Below, one piece after another: positions 16,499 to 25,247 of a DNA stretch of 64,000 nucleotides. The translations under genes were made by a program, and so were the position numbers. The notes beneath the pieces were generated by a model. It was not told the DNA's origin. It made no database searches and saw nothing but the letters and a program-made list of their open reading frames with translations. The DNA lies in contig JBJEDT010000025.1 of assembly GCA_051872335.1 (NCBI GenBank), positions 51,365 to 115,364 on the forward strand, in the 5' to 3' direction. The DNA comes from Bacilli bacterium (GTDB lineage: Bacteria > Bacillota_I > Bacilli_A > RFN20 > CAG-826). Positions within the stretch are counted from its first letter, which is position 1. The number at the start of each line of letters is the position of its first letter.

Positions 16499-18034
16499 TT
16501 AGCTTCCCACTTTCATTAAGTTTTCAATAAACTTCTTAGATTCAGGGAATGTGTTTTTACCAAATAAATGGTCAAGTTGTTCTATTAATTGACGTAATTC
16601 GTCTTTTAAGAAACCAATATTTAAGGATTCAAATTTCTTCAAAATCTTTGTTGAGAAGATATAGTCAAATCCATCAATTTCAGTACCACCACATGCAACG
16701 TACATTGGGACGAATAACTTTAATTGTTTCATAATACGGTTACCGAAAGCCAACTTGAAGTTTTTAATAACGAAGTCATCAAGTTTAGCAAATTTTTCAA
16801 TAATTTTATTTGAAACAGGATAGTTAGTTAATGCTTCTTGATATAGCTTATGTAAATATTCATAAGAAATATTTACTGGATCAGTAAAGTCTGCTTCAAA
16901 AGCAACACCTTTATTATTTAAGAAAATACAGATAGCACGGTCGTAAACCTTATCTGAAATAGTAAATGTAGAGTCATCGTTGTTAGCTGTTCCAATAAAC
17001 CATAGGTTTTGTGGAATTAATAATTTACCATCAGTAACATGTGCAGGGTCAGTTTTTGGATCTGGTGAAGAAATAAGTTCAACAATCCATTCATTAACGT
17101 TAGGCATTTCCATAATGGACAAGAATTCTGCAAAATAATACTCAATACGAGCTAAGTTCATTTCGTCGAGGACGATAACGTTACAGTCTTCACGATATGT
17201 ACATTCATAAATAATCTTTAAGAATTCAGTTTCATTAAATTTCTTTGTAAATTCGTTGTAATATCCGATAAGTTCTGAACGGTCACGCCAAGATGGTTGA
17301 ACAGGACAAATCTTTGTATCATTTTGGAAGAATTTTCCTAGTGCATATGGTAAGGAGGTTTTACCAGTACCAGAAATACCTTCTAGAATTAATAGTTTAG
17401 ATGCACCTAAACCAGCAAAGAAAGCACGAATAACTTTTAGTTCATAATATAGACCAAGTTGAGATGCAGCAAAGTTTCTAAAACGTTCACATAATTGTTC
17501 TAGAGATAGTTTATCAGCATCGTCCATTCGAACTGTCATATCAAGAGATTTATATTTAGCATCAACAAGAGCTAATTTTGTAAAACGACATTCAGTATTT
17601 GGACCTTTATCTTCTTCTTCCTCTTCTTCCTCTTCTTCAGGTAACTTACCACCTAAAGCATTAACTTTTAAGTTGAGAATTTTATTTCTTTCTTCTATAG
17701 CTTTATATAGTTCATAATTCAAACGTTCAACTTGTTGCATAAGTTCTTGTTGCTCTTGAACTTTTTTGCTAAAGCGGAATAATTTTCTAAATAGTAAAAA
17801 GAATAAGAAAATAATACCACCTATTAAAGCAGCAATAATGAGATAATAAATAACAAATAAAATCCATCCACCAGCACCGAATCCTGGTTTATATAGAATT
17901 AATAAATCGTTATAATCTCTAAAATTTTGACCGACTTCAGACCATGGATCTACAAATGTTAATTTGAGGAATCTTACAAGGTCTTGTATAAATAGTTGCC
18001 ACATGGCAGCTACATATTGGAAAAAGTCATTCAT
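16499..18034 (-). CDS. Membrane-anchored McrB-like AAA+ (AAA_5) GTPase
   Basis: One TM helix (GWILFVIYYLIIAALIGGIIFLFFLLF), a coiled coil and an E9 tract, then a McrB-type NTPase. Motifs are Walker A LEGISGTGKTSL, VIVLDEMNLARIEYYFAEFLSIME (compare McrB IFIIDEINRANLSKVFGEVMMLME) and WFIGTANNDDSTF (compare McrB IIGLMNTADRS). Confidence 0.7.
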   Translation of the reverse strand: MNDFFQYVAAMWQLFIQDLVRFLKLTFVDPWSEVGQNFRDYNDLLILYKPGFGAGGWILFVIYYLIIAALIGGIIFLFFLLFRKLFRFSKKVQEQQELMQQVERLNYELYKAIEERNKILNLKVNALGGKLPEEEEEEEEEDKGPNTECRFTKLALVDAKYKSLDMTVRMDDADKLSLEQLCERFRNFAASQLGLYYELKVIRAFFAGLGASKLLILEGISGTGKTSLPYALGKFFQNDTKICPVQPSWRDRSELIGYYNEFTKKFNETEFLKIIYECTYREDCNVIVLDEMNLARIEYYFAEFLSIMEMPNVNEWIVELISSPDPKTDPAHVTDGKLLIPQNLWFIGTANNDDSTFTISDKVYDRAICIFLNNKGVAFEADFTDPVNISYEYLHKLYQEALTNYPVSNKIIEKFAKLDDFVIKNFKLAFGNRIMKQLKLFVPMYVACGGTEIDGFDYIFSTKILKKFESLNIGFLKDELRQLIEQLDHLFGKNTFPESKKFIENLMKVGS

Positions 18035-18081
18035 ATTTAACCCTCCTAAATTTCAAGTACTCAAATTAGAAAAAATGATAA

Positions 18082-18864
18082 TTACTTTGTGCTAGATTGA
18101 TTATCCTCAATTCCTAACTCTTTTAATATTTCAGCTCTCATAGCTTCTTTTTCTTTTGCTCTTTCTTCTTCAGAAATAGCTGTTTTTTCTTTAGCTAACT
18201 CCTTAGCGTTTTCTTCTTTTGTTTCTATGATTGTAACTATTAACTTATATCCTTTATATAAGAATAGACAAAACATAGGAACTAAAACACATAATGCAAA
18301 TCCCCATGCATAAGGAGTATCTAATAAAAAGCCATAGACAGCTCCAATACCAGGTACTCGTGTTCCGTTATATACCCCTATAACGGATGAATAAGTGACT
18401 GTTTGTGTTGCTAGTACATCCCCATCTTCGACATAAGTACCTTTTGTGACGAAGAGAGCCCCCTTGTTTTGAATTTCAATAACTTGGTGGGTAACAATTT
18501 CACTTTGTCCATCACCATCAATATCATAAAAGAATGATATAATAGTTTCATTTTCAATAATTTCAATACTTGGTTTCAAATATTGAGTTGCATCATCGTA
18601 TCTAAATGATACTTTTTCAACAACAATCAAATCCCCTTTATTGATTGTGCCTTTCATTGAGCTCGTTTGAACTCTTAAATAAGACTTATTATTTATAGTA
18701 GGAACCCCATAATTATTCTTTGAAGTAAGAGAAACCGCAACAAGAAACACTGATAGTAATACCATTACTACCGTGAAAACATTAATGACAATATTTATAA
18801 TTTTAGAAAACAAAGATTCTTTTTCATCTTTAACATTTTCATTTTGTACTTTTTGTTTTTTCAT
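18082..18864 (-). CDS. sipW: SipW-type signal peptidase I, paralog 2, with C-terminal TM and K/E-rich tail
   Basis: TM, then QTSSMKGTINKGDLIVVEKV (S-M motif), a C-terminal TM (WGFALCVLVPMFCLFLY) and a tail KEENAKELAKEKTAISEEERAKEKEAMRAEILKEL. Confidence 0.65.
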   Translation of the reverse strand: MKKQKVQNENVKDEKESLFSKIINIVINVFTVVMVLLSVFLVAVSLTSKNNYGVPTINNKSYLRVQTSSMKGTINKGDLIVVEKVSFRYDDATQYLKPSIEIIENETIISFFYDIDGDGQSEIVTHQVIEIQNKGALFVTKGTYVEDGDVLATQTVTYSSVIGVYNGTRVPGIGAVYGFLLDTPYAWGFALCVLVPMFCLFLYKGYKLIVTIIETKEENAKELAKEKTAISEEERAKEKEAMRAEILKELGIEDNQSSTK

Positions 18865-18901
18865 TTACTTCCTCGTTCAAATAATAGTTAAGTTTTGTTT
18901 T

Positions 18902-20197
18902 TTAGTGTCCCCATTCATCTTGGCTGTTTACATCTCTACCATTCAAAATAATATTTGCAATAAAACTCGAATCAGACGAATCACTGCTGCAATCTAAATC
19001 CCATCCTTCTGCCCACATAGTGACAATTAATTTTTTAGCTTCTCTACGTGTAACATAAGTTAAAGCATTATCTATTCGTTTATATGCGTTAGTAGATGAA
19101 GATGTTGTTCTTTTTTTATCTAAAGCATCTTCTTCATAAAGAATTAGATTTTCCCCATTAACAACTTTAGATTGTTCAACATCTATAGGATTTGCATTTC
19201 CCCATGAATTTGCAAAGAAACCACCTACAAGTTCATGCTTTTCAAGTCCTGATGCACGAGCATTTTCTGAATATACTAGATTTGCACCATTTAGCAAACT
19301 ATATCTACCATAAAGAATTTCATTCTTTCTATATTCAGTTGCCCCATCATCAATAGAAGGATATACATCATAATATCCATCCTGAGGATCAGCATCTAAA
19401 CGACCATAATATTTTGTTTTTTGAAGAATAGAATTTTCATATGTTGGATTTCCATCAAATATATTATAAGTAAATCTATTGGTTCTATTTCCATCATCAT
19501 CTGTGTAATCTAATTCACTAAAAAACCCAATTCTAATATAGTTACTAACTTTATTTAATCGTTCTTCAGTATAACTAGAAACTGCTGCTTTTTCAGCGTT
19601 TTTTTCAGTATCTGGAAGAATAGATATATTTGAAGATAAAAAGACAAATACAGGAACATTTGTTGCTCTAACATAGAACTCAAATTCATAGTAATAATCT
19701 TTTACTTCGTTTCGTGTAACAGTAGTTCTACCACCAATATCAGTTAATGTTGGCATTTTAGTATAAACAGGCCTTGTTGATTCTAAACTAGTGGCATTAT
19801 TAAGCCATTCATCATAATAAGCATTTGAAATTGGTTGAAGTTTTGTACCTTCATCATATTGACCAAAATCAGTTAATACATCTGTATTAATATGAAATTC
19901 AGTATCAGTAAAATAATATATATCATCAACCCACTCACCAGTATCATCACTATATTTTTCTTTTAGTGAAGATAAGGATTCAGCAGGTGCTTTTAAACCA
20001 AGTTGCAAAACTCCCTCATCATCATAAATGGTATAAGATAAGTTATCAACCTGCAAAGCATTTGAAAATTCATACCACGCAACTGTAACAGTTACAAGAG
20101 ATGCTACAGCAAGAACAAACGAAGAGAAAGCTGCCATTACTTTATAATTTATTTTCTTATTCATATTGGTAGCTTCCTCCTTTCGTTTAATTTTCAA
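18902..20197 (-). CDS. TasA/camelysin-family secreted protein (SipW-cognate signal peptide)
   Basis: N-terminus …VASLVTVTVAWYEFSN…. C-terminal motif VTMWAEGWDLDCSSD. Confidence 0.6.
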   Translation of the reverse strand: MKIKRKEEATNMNKKINYKVMAAFSSFVLAVASLVTVTVAWYEFSNALQVDNLSYTIYDDEGVLQLGLKAPAESLSSLKEKYSDDTGEWVDDIYYFTDTEFHINTDVLTDFGQYDEGTKLQPISNAYYDEWLNNATSLESTRPVYTKMPTLTDIGGRTTVTRNEVKDYYYEFEFYVRATNVPVFVFLSSNISILPDTEKNAEKAAVSSYTEERLNKVSNYIRIGFFSELDYTDDDGNRTNRFTYNIFDGNPTYENSILQKTKYYGRLDADPQDGYYDVYPSIDDGATEYRKNEILYGRYSLLNGANLVYSENARASGLEKHELVGGFFANSWGNANPIDVEQSKVVNGENLILYEEDALDKKRTTSSSTNAYKRIDNALTYVTRREAKKLIVTMWAEGWDLDCSSDSSDSSFIANIILNGRDVNSQDEWGH

Positions 20198-20244
20198 AGT
20201 GTAGTATCGTTAAAATATTATCTACCTAATAAATGAATTTTTTA

Positions 20245-21840
20245 TTAATTACCTAGACCTGGAGCATGGAAACAAATACTACCTGTGAATGGTGCTTTGT
20301 TGTCATTTACAGAATTTGTATCCCAACCTTCTGTCCAAATCTTAATTGTTACTTCAGCATAACCTCTAGAATCAGTAATTGCTAAAGGATGATTTTTTGA
20401 TGCATCTTCGTGATATACGAAGTAATCAATACCATGTGCATCTTGTGTTTTAGCTTTGACTTTTTCACTGTATTTGAATGAAATTGATTCATATGCAGTT
20501 CCATCAGTCTTAACAAATTTACCAACGAATGCATTTTTATTAGCACCAATAACTGGTGTAGTAATATCAGATCCACCATTATCAACTACAACACTATATG
20601 TGTCATCATATAATGTATCGCCAGGTAATTCTAAATCTTCATGTTCACCATACCATTTATGGTCAAATCTCTTATAAGTTCCATCTGTTAAGTTATCAAC
20701 AACAGAACTATCAATTGATACGAAATCATCATTTTCTGTATCCCATGCAAATGCATGTCTTGTTGTAACATCATCAACAGTTGTATCGTAGTAATATACT
20801 TTTCTTGTATCTACTGTACCTTTTGCAGCTTCTAATCCATCTGCATCAGTAACATTAACAAAGTAAGTTGATTTATCTGAATCAGAAATGTTTGTAGTGT
20901 TGTAATCCCAAACACCATCAGCATCTAAATCTAGATATCCACCAACATTAGTTGAAACTTTATCATAACTAAAGTTAGATGGTGAATAAATATAATTGTT
21001 ATAATCAGATTCAAATGAAACACGTAAAGTTTTAACAACGTTATGTGTTACAGTTTGATTACCTTGTGTACCACCAATAAAATATGTACTTGCGTTATCT
21101 AAATAAATTGGTTGGTTAGCTACACCATTTGTATTAAATACTAAAGTGAAAGACATATACTTTTCTTTAATTGCTTTAATACCATCATTATAAGCTGTTA
21201 AATCAAGTGCATATTGAGCTAATTCAGCTTCTGAAGCATCATCACCAGGATATACAGGAGCAGTGTAAATTGCTGTATTACTATCATAATTTCCAGTAGC
21301 ACCTGCCAAAGCATTTCTATCTGGAATATCATAAAGTAATACATCATCATTTTTATCTAAACCAGTTCCTAATGCTAAAGATTGATCATTAAAATGACGT
21401 GAAGTAACTGGAGCTATAAAGTTCTCAGATTCTCTATCGGTATAACCATCATTGTAGTAAACAGCACGTAAATGACTTGCTTTGATTTGGTTACCTTTTT
21501 CAGTAAAGTTACTACCTTCTTGATAGTTCCAATAAATGTCGTTAATTTCAACTTCAGTATTTCCACCATCATAAGTAGGAATATCTTCATCACCAACTGC
21601 TTCAACTTTGAATTCATCTCCATTGGTATCACCAAATTGAGCAATTAATGCTTTAGCACCTTCAATAGTGTGTGGTTTAATACCAATAGTCAATGAACCA
21701 TCAATTTTAGCTGTTGTACCTGAGATTGTTGCTGTACCAGTATTTGATACAACGTACCAAGCAAATGTACCACCAACTAAGCAAAGTGTTGCTGCGCCAA
21801 ATGATGCAACCGATAATCCTAATTTCTTAGTATTCTTCAC
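20245..21840 (-). CDS. TasA/camelysin-family secreted protein (SipW-cognate signal peptide), 531 aa
   Basis: N-terminus MKNTKKLGLSVASFGAATLCLVGGTFAWYVVSN is nearly superimposable on TasA MKKKLSLGVASAALGLALVGGGTWAAFND. C-terminal TIKIWTEGWDTNSVND. Confidence 0.7.
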   Translation of the reverse strand: MKNTKKLGLSVASFGAATLCLVGGTFAWYVVSNTGTATISGTTAKIDGSLTIGIKPHTIEGAKALIAQFGDTNGDEFKVEAVGDEDIPTYDGGNTEVEINDIYWNYQEGSNFTEKGNQIKASHLRAVYYNDGYTDRESENFIAPVTSRHFNDQSLALGTGLDKNDDVLLYDIPDRNALAGATGNYDSNTAIYTAPVYPGDDASEAELAQYALDLTAYNDGIKAIKEKYMSFTLVFNTNGVANQPIYLDNASTYFIGGTQGNQTVTHNVVKTLRVSFESDYNNYIYSPSNFSYDKVSTNVGGYLDLDADGVWDYNTTNISDSDKSTYFVNVTDADGLEAAKGTVDTRKVYYYDTTVDDVTTRHAFAWDTENDDFVSIDSSVVDNLTDGTYKRFDHKWYGEHEDLELPGDTLYDDTYSVVVDNGGSDITTPVIGANKNAFVGKFVKTDGTAYESISFKYSEKVKAKTQDAHGIDYFVYHEDASKNHPLAITDSRGYAEVTIKIWTEGWDTNSVNDNKAPFTGSICFHAPGLGN

Positions 21841-23011
21841 TATCGTTTACCTCCTTTTTAAAATTTTTATTCATATTAGTTAAATTTTTCATATCAATAT
21901 TTGTAAAGTTTTTATTTTCGTTAAGTACTATCATTCCTGATTCTTCGTTCATTAAACCGGCTGTTTCTTCTTCCGTATCGAATTCATCACGAAGTGCAAT
22001 ATACATTGAAAGTTGTATACCAGCACCACTAGGAACATTCCCTGTAGCTTCTAAATCATATCCATCAATCCATACAATAATTGTGAAACGAATTGTTTCT
22101 TGCCCTTCGATGTAATCTTCATTTGATTTTAAAATATAATCACTATCATAGAATGGTTCAGCAAATCCTTTATTGATTTCCTTTTCACCAGTACATATTA
22201 GAAGACCATCATCAGTTTTTACGTATCTAGAAATACATTCTCTAGATTCATTATCACTAGTTTCAGTTTTTACAGGTTCAGATCTAACTTTTGCATATGT
22301 TACCATATCATGAGTTTGATCTTCTTCATGAATCAATCCATCACTTCCATATATAACAGAGTTCTTGTAGAATCGTAATCTAATAACATTATCAATTGTG
22401 ATATTAGATTCAGTTGAAACAGTCATATCGTCAATTTTGATATGAAAGTCATAACCTGCTCTTCTACTACCAACATTGCGAATATAGAAAGTATATGCTA
22501 AGAAAGAGCCACCATAAATTTCAGAAGTTCCATTATGTGATCCACCTTGAATTGGATCAATAATATCTTCGTCAGGAAGTTCATCAGCAGCCATTGCATA
22601 AGTTGATCTAGATGACTCAGCTCTTAAACGAGTTGTCTTGTTTTCAAAATAGCCATCTTCGCTCATAGTTAAAGCAAGTTGGTCACGTTCAAGTTGAACT
22701 GTTAAGTTACCAACAAGTGAACTTAAATATGCAATAGTAATGATAATACAAAGTATAACTACAGAAAGAGATAAGAAAAAGTTTACAAACATCTTTTTTC
22801 TGTAACGTGAAGCTACAGGATCTTTGTAATTTTTGAACTTCTCATAAGGGTTATCAATTTCAACGAGTCTTTTCGACTTCTTTTTAGGTTGTTCTTCAGC
22901 CTTGTCTTTATCGTCAGTTTTAGATGAAGGATCAATGTTTTCACTTTCCTCATCCAAAATAGATTTTAGTTCATCTGAAGATAACTCTTCTAATTGATCC
23001 TTTTTAGCCAT
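21827..23011 (-). CDS. Membrane-tethered TasA-like protein: charged N-terminal cytoplasmic tail + single TM + TasA-like ectodomain
   Basis: Residues 1-75 are K/D/E-rich, then a TM FFLSLSVVILCIIITIAYLSS (a degenerate T.AY motif). C-terminal RFTIIVWIDGYDLEATG matches the family IW.EGWD motif. Confidence 0.55.
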   Translation of the reverse strand: MAKKDQLEELSSDELKSILDEESENIDPSSKTDDKDKAEEQPKKKSKRLVEIDNPYEKFKNYKDPVASRYRKKMFVNFFLSLSVVILCIIITIAYLSSLVGNLTVQLERDQLALTMSEDGYFENKTTRLRAESSRSTYAMAADELPDEDIIDPIQGGSHNGTSEIYGGSFLAYTFYIRNVGSRRAGYDFHIKIDDMTVSTESNITIDNVIRLRFYKNSVIYGSDGLIHEEDQTHDMVTYAKVRSEPVKTETSDNESRECISRYVKTDDGLLICTGEKEINKGFAEPFYDSDYILKSNEDYIEGQETIRFTIIVWIDGYDLEATGNVPSGAGIQLSMYIALRDEFDTEEETAGLMNEESGMIVLNENKNFTNIDMKNLTNMNKNFKKEVNDSEEY

Positions 23012-23326
23012 AGTTATCTCCTTGTTTTTTTAATAACGAAAAAAAGTGTAAATGTTCTCCTATTTTTTAATTTTTTACATCAACGACTTCGTATTGATCT
23101 CTCAATACACCATTAGAAGTGAAATCATTAACGTAACAATTAAGAAACAATTGATACATCAACATAGTATTTGGAATAAATCCTATTCAGTTGTAACACA
23201 ATATTAATGCCCTAAATCAATATCATGCTAGATTGATAGATTATTATAAATAATCTTTCAACCTATAAATAATATAACATAATAATTTTATAAGAGTATT
23301 ATTTTTACACAATTTTTTTAAGAAAA

Positions 23327-23359
23327 CATTAAAAAAAGGTACCAAAATCGGTACCTTTT
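23327..23359 (-). terminator. Rho-independent terminator after the sipW paralog 3
   Basis: aaaaggtacc-aaaatc-ggtacctttt hairpin with U7 on the minus-strand transcript, 17 bp past the stop at 23376. Confidence 0.7.
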
Positions 23360-23375
23360 AATAACATTTTAGTGT

Positions 23376-24191
23376 TTATTCGGATTTTTTATCCTTTTCT
23401 TTCTCTTTTTCTTTCATCTCTTTCTTGAGTTCCTCTAAAGCTAAACGCTTAGCTTCCTCAAGAATTTGAGCTTTTTCTTCTTCATGTTGCATAGTTATTT
23501 CTTCAATAGCAGCATCTTTCTTTTGAACAAAGATTAGTCTAATGAATGAATAACCATTCCAGATGAATAATGCAATAAGAGGAAGAACAATTACACAAAA
23601 CATTAATGTAGTATTTGATTGTAATCCATAGACAATAGTGCCCATACCATTTACATGGCCTTTATATTTAGCAATGATTTTATCAGTGGAAATATTAATT
23701 ACATTTGTAGAAATATCTTCTTCAGCATCACCACGTGTGTAAATACCATAAGTTACACTTCCACTTTCTGTAATAATTTCACGAACTTCACGGATTCGGT
23801 GGGTAACAACAGCTTCTTGACCATTAACATATGACCAATACATAATGATGTCACCTTTGTTTTCTCCTAAACTATCATCACCTTTTAAACTCTCAATTTG
23901 TTCTCTTCTTTCAGTAGGATCATTTGAGAATTGTTTACCATAAACTAAATCGCCTTTTTTAAAGGTAGGTGCCATAGAATCAGATAAAACAGGGAATAAT
24001 GAATTACCTGTAATAGGATTACTAGCAACTGAAGATGTATTACTACTTGTTGTTCCCATTGTTAATATAGAAACGATCAATAAGAATACAACTAACAAAC
24101 ACTCAGCGACAGTCAAAGATGTATTAACAATCTTTTTTACTTTTGCTTTTTTATTTTTAGCAACTTCAACATTTTCGACTTGTTGTTCCAT
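23376..24191 (-). CDS. sipW: SipW-type signal peptidase I, paralog 3, with C-terminal TM and K/E-rich tail
   Basis: TM, then FPVLSDSMAPTFKKGDLVYG, a C-terminal TM (LMFCVIVLPLIALFIW) and a tail …EEKAQILEEAKRLALEELKKEMKEKEKEKDKKSE. Confidence 0.65.
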   Translation of the reverse strand: MEQQVENVEVAKNKKAKVKKIVNTSLTVAECLLVVFLLIVSILTMGTTSSNTSSVASNPITGNSLFPVLSDSMAPTFKKGDLVYGKQFSNDPTERREQIESLKGDDSLGENKGDIIMYWSYVNGQEAVVTHRIREVREIITESGSVTYGIYTRGDAEEDISTNVINISTDKIIAKYKGHVNGMGTIVYGLQSNTTLMFCVIVLPLIALFIWNGYSFIRLIFVQKKDAAIEEITMQHEEEKAQILEEAKRLALEELKKEMKEKEKEKDKKSE

Positions 24192-24251
24192 GCTAGCACC
24201 TCACTTTCATTTATTTTATAACAATAAATGTAGAATTCAATTTGTTATAAA

Positions 24252-25247
24252 TTAAGCAGCAGGCATGAATGAAGAGAATTGTAAAGTAGTATTAAATGAA
24301 CCATTTCTAACATCACCTGAGCAATCTTCATCTGTACCTTCAACCCAAATTCTAACACCAATATAGCCTAAATAAGCATCTTGTTCTACACCATTAGCGT
24401 TTGTAAACTTAATGTTATTGCCATCTTCGTCTTGAGCAGTTGCTAAAGTACAAACTTTTAATGAATTAACGGCAGAAGATGTAACTTTATCAGCAATAGG
24501 TGAAAGAATTGGAGTAATTTCACATAAAGAAGTAAAATCATTATATCCAGTATTAAATGAAGTTCCTGTCTTTACACTTGTACTAGTTGCTGAAGTACTT
24601 GTTATGAAATTATAGCCTTTGTCACCCTCTGAATCAGTACCAACAAAAACTCCTGTTAATGTCTTATTTTCACCATTTGATACAAAACCACCACTTTGAT
24701 TAGACTTTAAATCAAAGAAAGCAACTCTAGCACATTGGCTTAGACCCCAAGATTGAGCTACTTCATCTTCAGCAGCGCCAGGTTTTTTAACAGCGTTCTC
24801 TGTTAATTGTGTTTGAGATCCTAACCAAACTTCATAAGCTTTATCAGAACGGAAGCCAAGTACTATTTCATGTACATAAGTATACATTTTATCGCTTGAA
24901 CTAGTTGCCCCAGAAACATCAGCTACATTTGTAAAATTAGTACCATCAGAAGCAATATTTGGTTTAAAGAAAGAGACACCATCTCCTGAAACATCTTGAA
25001 CAGCTTTACCAGTTAAAGCTAAATCAGAGTAAATGCCCCAATCTTTAGCTGCCAATGTATAAGCAGTACCATTGTAAGAAACAACTCTCATTTCTAAGTT
25101 TGAATCTTGTTGAATAGTGACGTTATTTAAAGAAATTTGTGATTGACGTGTTGTTGTAAACCATGCATATGTAGCTGTTGACATTGCAACAGTTGACATT
25201 GCGAGTAATAAACCAGATGTGATTAATAATCTGTGATTTAATTTCAT
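24252..25247 (-). CDS. TasA/camelysin-family secreted protein (SipW-cognate signal peptide)
   Basis: N-terminus …AMSTVAMSTATYAWFTTTRQ…. C-terminal GVRIWVEGTDEDCSGD. Confidence 0.65.
   Translation of the reverse strand: MKLNHRLLITSGLLLAMSTVAMSTATYAWFTTTRQSQISLNNVTIQQDSNLEMRVVSYNGTAYTLAAKDWGIYSDLALTGKAVQDVSGDGVSFFKPNIASDGTNFTNVADVSGATSSSDKMYTYVHEIVLGFRSDKAYEVWLGSQTQLTENAVKKPGAAEDEVAQSWGLSQCARVAFFDLKSNQSGGFVSNGENKTLTGVFVGTDSEGDKGYNFITSTSATSTSVKTGTSFNTGYNDFTSLCEITPILSPIADKVTSSAVNSLKVCTLATAQDEDGNNIKFTNANGVEQDAYLGYIGVRIWVEGTDEDCSGDVRNGSFNTTLQFSSFMPAA

Noticed and set aside
14283-18034. Annotating the McrB-like pair as a conventional McrBC restriction system
   Set aside because: The McrB-like protein has a TM anchor instead of a DNA-binding N-domain. 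The partner shows no recognisable PD-(D/E)xK motif and is dominated by coiled-coil and acidic low-complexity sequence. It is kept as McrBC-derived, but with its function left open.
6966-21883. Small antisense or nested ORFs from the six-frame track (6966-7202, 9435-9653, 9461-9646, 14693-14902, 14751-14936, 14993-15238, 16549-16734, 18773-18997, 20382-20585, 20456-20677, 21414-21644, 21668-21883)
   Set aside because: They are fully contained within, or antisense to, strong long ORFs. Their low-complexity composition mirrors the opposite strand (for example, the L/F-rich ORFs are the antisense of the K/E-rich coil). There is no RBS or motif support.
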